Shown here piece after piece: positions 1 through 11,619 of a stretch of DNA of 25,013 nt (its first letter is position 1; each line of letters opens with the position of its first letter). Source of the stretch: Catajapyx aquilonaris (Eukaryota); assembly GCA_000934665.2 (NCBI GenBank), contig JYFJ02001217.1, positions 62,001-87,013 of the forward strand, given 5' to 3'. The notes beneath the pieces are model-generated. The model was not told the origin of the DNA, searched no databases, and worked only from the letters and a program-made list of their open reading frames with translations. The position numbers and the translations under genes were made by a program.

Positions 1-750
1 ATCTTCACGCTCATCCGACAAAATAACGCAACTTTGAACCATTATTATATCCAGAACGTGCTGTGTAGCGTAGGAGGCCCGGTGTATTGAAATGACAAGC
101 ATGCATCCAACCAACCGTCCTGAGAAGTAGCAGCTGTCACAGAATAAATTGCGCCGTCCCCAGTTGCAGGCTGAGTAATTTTCTTTAACGGCGCAAGGCT
201 GCTCGGATTATCCTCCGGAACAAGCACTATTATATTCTCTAAAGCGGTTCCCCGGTGCAAACGATGAGAAAGAGAGATCAATACTGCACCTCGTGGCCAC
301 CACGCTCTTCTCCACGCTTTTTTTTTTCAAAAAAAACACAAAAACTCCTCCGTACTATACTTGGCCGGCAAAATCTCGGCACGTAGATATGCAGGAAGTA
401 CGATATCGCACATGCATTACTAAACCCGCGCATGTGGCCTTGCTTTGTGCAAATATTGACGAACGCAGCGTTTTTCGCGAATGGTTATTTACACGAACAG
501 CACCGCACATTATCAGAGCGTCGTGTGCATTGCGCGGAAACACATCCGTCGCACATACTGCGCGATTTGAACGGGGTTCGAGAGTTTTGAATCGCATTTT
601 GGAACCGGAAAAGGGGATTGTGGTCTCCTGCGAATTGCAGCTCAAAACCACCTTAATAAAGCATTCCACTCCCCTGCAATTTTCCTCCGCATGACATGAC
701 GCACATGTCAATGGCTTAGCAAAAGTCCACTCCATGCCTTCTGGCCGGAG
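1..750 (-). pseudogene. IR pseudogene A (end of N-terminal region, S1, pre-TM1, pore; runs off left edge)
   Basis: ORF 355-735 gives DVFPRN...MCGAVRV (S1 start) and AGLVM. Frame-hopping gives IDLSFSSF near 265-285. ORF 45-281 gives NIIVLVP...LKKITQP (pre-TM1), then STFWI and WFKVALF (pore-like). Many frameshifts. Confidence 0.55.
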
Positions 751-1419
751 GGAAATCGCAAATTACAACCTGATTACGGTACTGCGCTTTTCAATAATAC
801 ATACCCCCGGACGATAAACTCTGACATTACATTTAACTAACCTAACAGCGTTTGCCTTACCCTTAATTATAAATTCAATACTCCCCCTTCCATCGTTCTT
901 CTCAGTTCAATATCAGATAATTAGGAACATGGCCCGCGGTTCCATTTTCTGGCCCCAATTTATCGCAATGTGTTCTTCCAACCATCACGAAGAGCACATT
1001 TAATACCGCAGGTTAATGATTACTCACTACACCAGCAACGGCAGTATAATCTCCATAAAAGCAGGCATTTATTCTGGGCACGCTCGGCCCTCAGCAAAAG
1101 AGGGGGGGCTGGGAGGTTGAGGGGGAAGGAAAGCAAAAAAGAAACCTTCCAACCAGAGCCCGAGGTCAATTTCTTGGCGGCCACTTCCCACTCGCCCAGG
1201 AAATGAACACCCGGACTCATACAATTCCAGCGACAACAGAGCTTGACCAGGCACCGGGGAAAATAGAGATGAGGTGTCCTCGGGGTCGGAGGTCGCTGGG
1301 ATGCCCCTCCGTCTTCGTCCTGGTGCACCCACGGATGCCAGTCCTTCTCAGATTGCGGCACGGGGATAATCACTTCCCCTTCCTGCTGAAGGGACTTCCC
1401 CAATTATCTCCGGGGCCCT

Positions 1420-2330
1420 TATCGGCTCGTTACTTCAAGAGTCGGAAGCTTCTTTTATCGCTTATGCGGATTAACTCTTCTCACATGATTCAATTCCGGT
1501 TCCCAGAGTTCATCAACAGATTCCAAGGTTTCAGGAGGAAAAGTTGGCATCGTTGGACGGTGACCCGAAAACACGGGTGCATTCTGAATAAAATGGATTC
1601 CCGAAGCGCACTTCAAAAGTTTGGTGTGCTATCGATCATGCCCCATCAATAAAGGCCCAAGGAAGGAGGGGCACATTGGCCTATGTTCGGATGCAAAAGC
1701 GCCACCCAAGCGTCCCACGGGGTCAAGCTCGATCAAAAATATCCGGACAAATATTTTTGTATCCGGATACAAAAGAAGTAGGTTCGAAATAACTATTTGC
1801 TCGATCACATTGATGGTAATGAAATAAGGCGGGGTCCGTTGCCCTTTTCAGTCCCAGTTGAACAATGCGGTGACAATTACAGGTGTTAACGAGACGTGTA
1901 AATTACCGGCAACCGCTGAATTCCAATGGTGCTCGAGACAAAGGCGGCCTAGAATGTATAGTTCCTGAAAAGTCTCGCTTTGATCGCGTGAAGCAAGCGC
2001 AAAAGAAAAGCTCCGATGCTGATTTCACTCCTGCTATTTTTATATCGGGATCGACATTTACATTTCGCACACCAGGCATTTCAATACGGAACTATGAATG
2101 CTTCCTACAGAGGCCAATTTCCAGAACTTTTTTTTTTGTTTAATATAAAACGGGGGATACGCCTACAAGTTCTATGTCTATACAGGCAGCAGCACTTCTG
2201 GATAATACACAAAAGCAGCCTGATGAGTTTCTCCGGCGCCTGGCACTCCGCCTACAACACAAGATCTATGTATAGTGTACCTGCCCACAGCCCACCTTAT
2301 ACAGGTGAGAAGTTGGAGGTGGTGCAGAAA
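1420..2330 (-). pseudogene. IR pseudogene B (S1, TM1, pore, M3, start of S2)
   Basis: (C for G)IDIELV ~2164-2187; EMPGV; SEISIGAF ~2006-2029; RDFS..Y..AFVSRAP ~1925-1975; VIEQ (pore) ~1797-1808; FVRIFLI ~1731-1751; GAFAS; MIDS ~1628-1639. Confidence 0.6.
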
Positions 2331-2429
2331 TGTATAAATCTGGCGCCAGAAAAAAAAACTGCTTCGACACATACTACCACAAGGTTGTCTTGAAAGATCT
2401 CACTATTTTGTCACACCTATGTACACCTC

Positions 2430-3860
2430 GTTCCCTGAGCAACGGATTGTGACAGAGTCCAGAAGCGGACATTTCAGATGGACAGGTCATCAGATTGTAA
2501 GTCGACGGTTGGAAATCCCCAGCAGTTATTGTCAGCATGTGGCCATTTTCAAACATGCACCAACACCACATCAGCACTGCTGGGGAAGTCCCAGGCGGAT
2601 GACCCGATTGGTCAAGGTCACCTCCAGTTCTTCGGACTGTCACTATACACAGCTTTATTGCTTTATCGCGGCGCTGTTAAGATGTTATCGCTGTCTTGAT
2701 CGGATATTTTAGAAGCGATTGCTAAGGCGAGGCGCAACCAAAGACAATAGCGACACACTTACTAATGTTCCAGGTAGGCGAGATCAGGCGAACACGTGCA
2801 TTAACGTGATAATGTGGCCGCTGAGTGAGATCCGTATGTCCCATTTCCATGGTAAAAATCATTACAGCATGACATTACAGAAAACAAAAAGGAATGATGC
2901 ATTACATTTATCCTCATTGAGATTATAATTGGCTTGACACACAGGCGAGGACGGAACAAACGCGATATACGCTGCAGCCGAGTTATCGTCATCGCGATGT
3001 TGCAAGGTGCATGACGAAAGAGAAAGCGTGATTGTGAGCAGTTGGAAAACACGTGGGATCTGGTGACAACATCAGTATTGGTGACACAATATTGGAGGTA
3101 TACACACGGCCACGGCCACAAGGGAATACCCAATGAACCCTTGATGTAGCAATGCAAACATCCAGTTGCATGCAGCTATATTTATCAATAGTTGATTTTG
3201 GGGTCTTTGCAGCCGGAATGGGGAAACGAAATGAGCCTTCGAGCCATTCCCATATGTGTTAGCCGCCATTGTTGCGTTCGAAGGGTTATCGGTGAGGACC
3301 GAGACTCTGTACAGAGTTCTCTATACGTATCGTGAAACGGATACACGATGGCGAAGACCCAAGTACAGAAGCAAGAAAATTTTGGAGATGATGAGCTTCT
3401 GATTTGGAGCACCGACCCGACTTGCGCATACACATTTCGTACTTGCAGAAGCGTGACAATGCTCCAGGTATATTCCTCCGCCGTCGTCACCTTCCAAGAT
3501 GTCCCATCTTTGGTCCCATCCCATCAGAAGAGTGCGGCTGGGATTCATTTTTCTCTCCTCTCCCCTCGGTTGTTTCGTGACGGCTCCACAGTCCCTATTA
3601 GCCATGGTGCCAATCAGTCACTGCCATTTTCTTTGCGCAGCATGGGCGCTCTCCTCTGCCTTCTGCTGCTGATGTGCCCGTTCATCAAGCTTCTGGTATT
3701 CGAAAGAGCTGTGAGGCCTGGTTGTGCGACCTTGTGAAGTGTTGCGCAAGATGGTGAAGTCTGTCCATACTTATCGTTCCCAATTTGCGCATCTTCACGG
3801 TCGGGATGATTCTTTACAAAAGGATCTGCACGCCGTTACGGGTGTTTTGGTACCCTGAAT
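2430..3860 (-). pseudogene. iGluR/IR pseudogene C, near-complete ligand-binding and channel region
   Basis: Motifs in order: DPFV ~3815-3826, GNDKY 3767-3781, MDRLHHLAQHF, SFEY, KENGS, LIGTV..NRGE, AIVYPFHD-V(*) ~3320-3352, WMFALLHQG ~3138-3164, VYTSNIVS ~3082-3105, AYLEH..VCRYC ~2745-2780, LAIA..DS, NKAV, TGGDLDQ ~2607-2627, W..C, LTI..WG(I), and a final TM-like segment. Spacing is compatible with no introns. Confidence 0.8.
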
Positions 3861-3939
3861 ATACTTCCGCGTTTGAATGTGCTGTGCAGGACGTTTTCGC
3901 CATTTTTAACACTGGATAGGTTGACCATATTTTGTTCTT

Positions 3940-5650
3940 TCTTTTCATTCAAGTGACGTGCACAACACGGATGAAATCTATTTGAAACAGTCCAACTTAT
4001 TATATAATGACAAAGAGAGAAACGTCTACTATATGGATAATACATGTGCTGGAAGTTAATAGAATTGAACCAGCAGTTTTGCGATGGTCATTAATTTTAA
4101 TGTTATCGATCTCTGTCTGGAGATGAGCACTGGCAAATGTTTTCCACTGTGGGTCTGCATGTAGATATAGAGGCTGAACTCAGGACCAATAATATTTCTG
4201 GAAAGAAGACAGCATTTCTTTCAGCGCTGACCTCGTTTCTCTATGTGAATTCCCAATACAGTGTCGAGGTGACAAGTGACGAAGGTAAGAGTAAATGTGT
4301 GACTAAATGAAGCGAAGACCCCGAAACACATTGGACGGCGAGCAGGAAATCACGATGCCCGAACTCTGGATGCACATACGTGATGCTTAAATGCATTATA
4401 ACGCTTGGCACTCATGCCAAGTGCTATATTTTGAGCCCGCCATGAAAGTATATGGAGAGAGAGAAAAAATGGACTTTTTACAGTCTACAATATGGCCTGC
4501 ACAAAATTTATATGAGTCACGGGTCGTTGGCCTGTATTGTAGTCCATAACGAGCTCACGTCAGTGTAAACAGATATATAACTTAGTGCAAAACATAACTT
4601 ATCGCTTTTTCCGGATCCTGCAACCTAACTACATGTAGAATGACGCGTTCCGCCAAGTTACAACCCTATAAGGACTGCAACATGAGATAACCTCGCACAC
4701 CGTACTGTATGCGTGTGGTGTAAGCTAATACAACGATCAACAATTACGCCTAAAATAAATTTGATTTTGGTGTCATTACACCCAAACCCGATATAATTTC
4801 AATCGCGCTAAATTATTCCCATTCTGATGCAAATATTAGCGACTGTTGAGGTGTTGCACTCATGGTAATTATTTGCTCACGTAAATCCGTATACAGGTTC
4901 ACGGTGCAATGCAAAATGATAAACTCTTTTATGTTGTTATTTATTTATTACTGCTCGATGCAACGACATTATTAGCCTCCAAAGCAAGAAGTTTTATGCC
5001 TGCGGACAATCCGCATAACGACCGTAAGCTGATCATTAGGTATACAAAAAAGTTTTGATCCTGGCAAAATATGGTGCTCGAATGTAGCAGCACCTCATGT
5101 TGAAGTATTCAAATACAGGACACGTGCAGGCATAAGATAAACCTATCTGCGGTAGGATTATGCTAATGAACAGGGTGTTCCAAAAGTCGGCGTAGATCTG
5201 CGGTTTTACGCTCAAAAAAAAAAGTCGCTGACAGTTCGCTTACCGGTTGGACACCCTGAAAGACACTACGATACGTGAAATGCGCCTGTGTCAGCCAAGT
5301 GCTCAAGACACACCGATGCTGATCTGGCGTAGACCTTCAGTAAACCCAGCGTAATTTCTCAAGTAACTGGCCCAACTATAATCCAGCATCTCATTTCCAT
5401 ACCCCCATATTCTCGTATAGGTTACTTAGTTCGTTGGAATATAGAGGCCCTATAGTTTTAATTCGATCGTAAATCCGCCGATTATCGCCGTTGCGTCAGT
5501 ACGGAGCCATAAATCTGACCCTCGTGTCAACTCTAGAGGAAACTCTTTTTTACGTTACATGTAGCCAGATCTGTAGCTGTTACGCGGTCCTCGTCAGCTC
5601 TATAAACTCCGCGCCATTTTTTTTTGTTATTCTCGCTGAACCTGGAAAGC
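3940..5650 (-). pseudogene. IR pseudogene D, interrupted by a MITE
   Basis: FP...NGAE ~5610-5650; IIGGFTIEL ~5460-5486; EYG..W..VGQLLEK ~5355-5412; SIG; MITE; LWRLIMSL ~4960-4983; LREQ; LIFASEW..FSAI; KSNLF ~4754-4768; YMQTHS; TAG; LFVII..VGL ~3988-4020. Confidence 0.5.
5171..5258. mobile_element. Short decayed MITE with CAGGGTGT termini (Tc1/mariner-like)
   Basis: Left end cagggtgttccaa (5171-5183); right end ttggacaccctg (5247-5258), whose reverse complement is cagggtgtccaa. Same terminal 8-mer as the element at 14542. Flanks are AA/AA rather than TA/TA. Confidence 0.55.
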
Positions 5651-6270
5651 CGACCTTAGTGTGACCTCTACTCACAATGGGCTGCAGTCAACCTCTGTTT
5701 ACGACTATAAAAAAATTAGGCCTACCGACACACAGCCCTTTTTTCCCGCTATTTTTCCTCGTTCTCTTTTCCCCATTCTTTGGCGCGAAAAAGCATTTAC
5801 TAGCACTCTACATCTCCCGCCAATGTAAGTAACAAATTACTGCTGATTTCAGCAATTGGCATCGGAGTTTTAAAAAAAAACCTTTCGTAGTCTGGAGCCC
5901 ATCAGGTCTCCGAGGTCACATCCATGGCCCAATGGAGAGCCGTACTGCGCACTGCGATTATCCGATATCCAACGCACTTAATAATAGTCAGCCGCACTGA
6001 TTGGCCGCCAGACCGGGACCTTGAACATGGCAGTAACCCCTGCAAATATGTGCGGGGTTGGGTTGAGACGAAGAAGCCTCCAGACTTTTTGGCAACGACC
6101 CCACGTGCGTGTCACATGAGTGTCATTTACGTAACTCTTCCTTCAGTCCTCCTCCCCCGCTAGAGGCCTCCTGGTGACAAACAGCAGCCAACGGGCGCCG
6201 AGCTGATTCACCCTCTGATCTGAATCTGACTTTCATACAAATTGCAAATTGGGCGCCTGCTGCTGCTAAA

Positions 6271-6296
6271 CCCCCCCCCCCCCCCNNNNNCCCCCC
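6271..6296. repeat. Poly-C run containing unresolved Ns
   Basis: Directly visible C homopolymer with nnnnn. Similar C runs with an N at ~15181-15203 and ~16453-16481. Confidence 0.9.
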
Positions 6297-6749
6297 ACCT
6301 CCGCGCCGAGTCCAAGGGCGCTGGTGACGTCATGTATGCAAACCCAAACAGCCCTCCCCCACCCAGATTCAACAGCCTTTGAGCCGGCGAACCGAGGCCA
6401 CCAGGGGAGGCCAGCACAGGGTAGTCCCCCCCACATAGGGCCTGCTTCTTTTTTGGGGGGGCTTGTGGGCCTCCATTTTTATTTGGGCGTGTGGAAGACC
6501 GGGCTCCACCTTGGGTTCAGCTGGATGGCCCTGCAGCATACTATGAGTTATAGGACGCGACCACATTCTCCAGGCTGGAACATTGTGTTTTACAGTGCGT
6601 CCTTCAACGTTGTTGCATGCGCGGGATGATGATGTTAACTGTGGCTTGACAGACAAATGCAAAAAATGTGCCCACGTTTCTCCGCCCTTTGTTTTAAACA
6701 GTTTGGGAAATTAGTTATAATGCGAATGTGCGTTTGTCTTCGTTTTTAC

Positions 6750-8060
6750 TGCCGGGAGCTTCCCTAGAGACGGCAACGGAATCCGGGACTAAATTCGGGG
6801 AGACGCGTGTATCGATTTGGAACACTGCTGCCCAAATTACAGGATAATCCGTCCACTCGAGTCAACCCGGTGGCGTCTTGTACGAACAGCTCCATTCAAG
6901 CACCGACACCTAATTAGTCAACAATTGTGGGCAAAATGGCAAATACGAAATGTCACTGCTCCCACGCAATATCGCAATGACTTTTGAAAAGCACCACTTA
7001 CACCATGATTGCACGTATTCAATTTTGGCCCGACACCTGTAATACGACCGCTCCATGAACACGAAGTGTGAAGTATTTTCTCAGTTTATCCCCCTCAATT
7101 TGAACGCCATTCGCTCGGAAAGATTCTCCACTGCAGCAGACGTTCGCCTTGTTTTTCCACACACATGCATAAAGACACGATCGACTAAAACCGGTTCTTA
7201 TCTGTCCACATTAGTTATTACCCCACGTGGGAGAATTTCCGGGCGGTAATAACCTGTTGCGCACGGTCAGCACAAAAACGCCAGAAATGATGAGTTCAAG
7301 GAATCCTTGTAATCTGATAACGCATGCAAGATGACATCTCCAGTGTCACGCCAGCAACGGCAAAAGAAAAGTGACACCGTGTAGTCCCAACACCAACGCA
7401 TCTTTTTCCCCTTGCAACCGGACGGCAAAAAAAAAGGTGTGTACACACGCTCGTTTCTGCTCGAATTCTCAGTCAAAGGTCGCAGTATTTCAGGGATGAC
7501 CCGCTGACTGCAGCACGTTTCGCGCATATCTCAGAATGTAGGCCGCGTTTGTTTACCAGCACCAAGAGAAGCAACGATGATGATTAGCGGTTGGCCAAGA
7601 TAACCAGGCAGAACATGATAAATACCTGGGCGGCCTCGGCCAACGATTATTTATCAATAGCAAATTCCGCCAGCACGTCGCGTTGCTGCGGTTGCAAACA
7701 AAAGCCCCCCTTTTTCCGCCTAGGAGGATAACTGGACTTTTTCCTACTTACCTCTCGCGGAGAATGGCCCCAAAAGAAACGCACTCCTTTATTCCCAGGA
7801 ACTTTGCCAAAAAATGACCCGACCTCGTTTTGCCGCATGCCTCCTCTCTTTTTTTTCTCTCCTCCTACTTTGCTTACTGGGCCAGCTCGCCAATGCAAAA
7901 GCAGAAAGCAATTTGGTGTCAATGCACACTTACAGACCAACATGTACAGCAATCGCTCTGTGTGCATTAGTCACGCATCAAAAGCCTCCTCTTTTTTGCG
8001 GCTTTGGATATATAGGTTGCACTAAAGCGTCGTGTTTGTTCCTGCTAATTTTTTTGCGCA
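6750..8060 (-). pseudogene. iGluR/IR pseudogene E, near-complete ligand-binding and channel region
   Basis: LVQP(Y) ~8012-8026. ORF 7647-7967 carries LLYML..K, FG...N, EVSRKK, QQR.VLAEF. TM1-like SLLLLVLVNK; LQG ~7408-7414; LAF(V)LTVRNR ~7253-7284; HFVFMERS...IEY...C ~7001-7069; IAILRGS ~6958-6978; NLG.VFQI...VAV..E ~6760-6838. Confidence 0.7.
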
Positions 8061-8559
8061 TAATAACTGTTACTACCGACAAATATATGGCGTACAACCA
8101 CATTCGCATATACATATTGGGTGCAAACGGCTTATTGTATTGCCGCCGTGCAACTATGCGCCAAACGGCTCAAAATGTCAAGAATATGCTTCCACATGTT
8201 AAAAATAATTGGACATCAGGCCTACTAATAAGTTTACCTGGCAGCTCCCCCTTCTCAATTTTTTGGAATTTGCCTGCGGATGCGTCCCAGGCGTTACAAT
8301 CGGATTAGGCCCAAGTCATAAATTGAGTTAAGGAAAATGGCAGCAAACCCAGCGGTACCCCTTTTCAAAAACGGGGGCCCAACTTTCCATACATAATATT
8401 TCGCTTCCCCATATTCCCCCCCAAATTCTGCTCCGGTGACGTACGCATTCCCATCAATCGATTTGACAATCACGGCACCCATTTTTCCCCTTCGCATATA
8501 CTCACTGCTTGCATTATTAACAACACAAAATGAGCGCCCCCGAGCATTAACAAATTATG

Positions 8560-9230
8560 GCCTCATTTCATTAAACTTTAATTAGAATCTGAGATTACCT
8601 ACAAGCGTTTCACAAGATCTTGCTTTACCTTTTGGACGAAAATACGAGAGCTTGGAGGAAGCAAGTTTGCTCCCTAAATGAAACCCGACTCGTTATTTAC
8701 ATCCACAGATTGCTGTGCAAGAGTGACACACGAGTAAAGGGCGTCAGGGACTTCCTCATAAAGGTGTGTACTGGGGTGCGGCTTCAAGTGACCTATGGAA
8801 TGGCCAAGTGAGAATTTATCGCGGGTGGCCTCTGCTGACCCACCTCCGAAATATACACATAATATGACCAAGCATGACTAACTCCACGCACACGAGTTAC
8901 CCCGATTTAATGACATTGACTAACAGTCTTCAGTAAGCTCCTGAAACATTCGCAAAACTAATCAACGAGTGTTAAATTACCCACCGTAATATATGCGCAA
9001 AGGCACATGAGTCACGCATATTAATACCTCATCACATGGTCAAATCCGAATCATGGTGACCTGAACTTCAGAACGTTCGTAACCACAATCGAGTGACTTC
9101 GACATAATTATGGCGCGGTTTGAGGTTGTAGAAAACGTATATTTTTTTCTAAATATTTCTGTGTGATTATAATATTGCTGTTGATGGTAAACTGGCTGGA
9201 CTATTAGCATAAGTTACTGTACACTAATGG
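8560..9230 (-). pseudogene. IR pseudogene F (S1 to M3, 3' truncated)
   Basis: YLEKNIRF; FG...GI..(G)D; AH.ITVGNLTLVD ~8961-8998; AW..CLVILCVYF (TM1); TLAQQSVD 8701-8724 (pore, in ORF 8674-8871); LPPSSRIFV ~8635-8662. Confidence 0.6.
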
Positions 9231-10309
9231 TTAGCTACCCATGATTTTTTTTTTTTTTTTTGCATTTGGGAAGCCCATTCTTCTTGTGTCTTATGTTCCG
9301 GGAGCCCTGTGCTTGAGCGCCTCTGGCACCAGGAAAATGTAGAAAATTCCAACAATAGCCACTCACGCCCTGATGTGTGTTTTTGTGCACGCCTCCAAAT
9401 ACCATTCACGTGGTTCTTGCTCAAATACCTACGTAAGCCATTAATTCATATTTATGGGCAAAACATTGCGAATGTTCTTCACGGGTTGCGACGTGCACTT
9501 GCGCAGTACAGGTGCTACTCACCCACCTGAGTCACCAAGTTAGGTGCTTAGTGGGGGGGAAGTCGAAGTGGGTTGTACAGTTCCCCGACAGTGTTATCCA
9601 ACACCGATGGCTGGAGTGCCTGGAGGGCTGGAAATGGCGATGGGACGAAGGGACCGAGGAGGCTTGCCCAGCATGCAACCCAGGGTAATGAGCCACTGAG
9701 GGAAATGGAAAGGGGTCTGTCTGGTCATGGGGAGGGGAGATCGGATGGGGGTTACATGGCCTGTAGGGAGGTGGGAGGACAATATTGGGATTTTAATGAG
9801 AGGGGACGTACAAGGGGGCGAGCACAAAACGTCGCCTCCACATTTAAAGTGCATCGACTTATTTAGACCGAATGCACAGAATTAACGAGATGAAATATGA
9901 CATGTTGACACAAATACTACAGCCCCGTTACACAAACACCCAGCCAATAAGTTTTAGCAGCAAAAAAAGAAAAAGAAAAAGGACGTGTGCTTTCCGTTAG
10001 AAGAGCTCGAGTACAGGCACAATGCCAAAATGTTGATGAAGGAAAATGTTCGTCCTTCCCCCCTTATAAAAAAAATCTCAGCCTTTATGAAAGCTTGAGT
10101 TATTGACCGAATGGTTCCGGCCAAAAAGTTTTAAGACGACGAAAACTCCCGCCGAGAAGTCGATTAGAAATTAGGCAATCTGGGAGCACGTTGCCCGACA
10201 TCTCCACCGCCTTAAATCACGTGGTTGACGTTTAACTAAGCCCTTTAACAAAAAGATTGCCTGCATGCGCTTAAAACCCCGCTCCATGATGAACCGAGGG
10301 GATTACTAA

Positions 10310-11330
10310 ACCGGATTACCAAGACTGACATGCCGCAACTATATAATTACAGCCAAGTCCTCGGCGCAGAGGCCATCATGAACGACAGGCTGTTTCCTTC
10401 CTTACTATGAATTATAAGTTCATCCATATTAATTCAGTCCTTGCAAAGGATACGTAGGGTTTAATTAAGGAACAAATTTTACAGCAACTTGCAGACCTAT
10501 ATCTCAACAGCAGGGTCCAAATATGGGATTGAATTCAAGAAAGCCAATTTTTGGGGCATCACTGCAGAGGAGAGATGGCTGCGAATCCTATAATAATATA
10601 GGTTCCTTATTGACTTCCACACAGCCGGGTTTTCCCACACAGGAAATCATACTTCCGCATCACGTGCTGCCGGTTGTGTTGTGGTTCAACGGCAGAATCA
10701 GTGAGGAAGGAAGATTGAGAAATATCCTATAGCTTATCTCGTTTATATTATTCGCACTTCCTCAACCGGCGAAAGAAAATGAAGGCCGGAAACAGCCCAT
10801 TTAGCATCGGGAGATATATGCACAACAGTAGGTTAGAGCCTTATTTGACGTCAGAGGAGGGACACGCCATCGCTATTTCCAACCTACCTCCCTATATCCT
10901 CCACGTCACAAAGTCACGTTAGCAGTCATCGCTCAATGCGTGTGTTTTTATTGGCGCTTGAATTACGACAAATTCGCTCGGCGAAGGATATACTGTACAA
11001 CAGAAACATGATAAAACTGGGAGTCCATGGAAAGAATCAGGACCGGAACTTGCGCTCACGAAAGCATGTAAACAAATCACAGCATCAGCATGCTTGAGCT
11101 TGACAGCAGAAGCCGTCTCTTCCTGATGGCCTTAGATTATCCACACTGTATAATCTATACATCTCGCGTTTAATACCTGATAGTAACTACATATTAACAG
11201 TCCGCAGGATTATCGCCATCGTCAAAGTGCAAATACAGTAGGCTACTAATTTTCCAAAGATCTGGATGGTCACATCTCACATGTCACTGGTGAAGTACGA
11301 TGCAAACAAACGACTTAGTGCACGAGTTTC
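10310..11330 (-). pseudogene. IR pseudogene G (TM1 to last TM)
   Basis: TIQIFGKLVAYCICTLTMAIIL (TM1-like) ~11205-11270; TVWII.G ~11130-11150; FCCQ; W..FIMFLLYSISF.ANL ~10969-11028; VEDI; IGF...PYLD ~10515-10550; T(E)LIW; EDLAVII.L...LG ~10318-10362. Confidence 0.55.
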
Positions 11331-11619
11331 AACGGCCGCAGCTCTCCTCCGCGTTTCTAACCGCTGAGTCGGCTAAGGCGGAAGCCATTAAAAATTGTCA
11401 CGAAATTCTGCAACTTATTTCTGTTGGGGAAAAAAAATCCTAAACAGAGGCACTCATGTGCGACCTTGTTTACGTCGCCATTGGTGGTAGTGGGAAGAGG
11501 CTCGCTTCTGATTGGTCGGCGAGACTCCACCGTGCGCGAGTAACGAGATGCCGTCATACGAGAATCACTTCCGCGTGTTTCACTTTACGTCCTTTATTTT
11601 ATGTTTAAAATTTTTCATG

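Noticed and set aside
1020..1652. Longer ORFs at 1020-1403 (-) and 1203-1652 (+), and other + strand ORFs such as 7814-8308, 14361-14873, 16166-16699 and 18982-19527
   Set aside because: No recognisable domains. Several are antisense shadows of pseudogenes or cross MITE and low-complexity DNA.
2430..3300. Opsin/class-A GPCR pseudogene reading on the minus strand (GN, RLQRPQNQLLINIAA, AMTITR, STYNL, NVRF)
   Set aside because: Superficially attractive, but the same bases give a longer and more specific iGluR/IR series (AIVYPF, ALLHQG, YTSNIVS, YLEH, GDLDQ) continuous with an upstream S1. It shows how easily frame-hopping can mislead.
4698..4906. Imperfect inverted repeat caccgtactgtat / atacaggttcacggtg as a MITE
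   Set aside because: Weak match, no TSD, and the interior carries the pore/M3 motifs of copy D.
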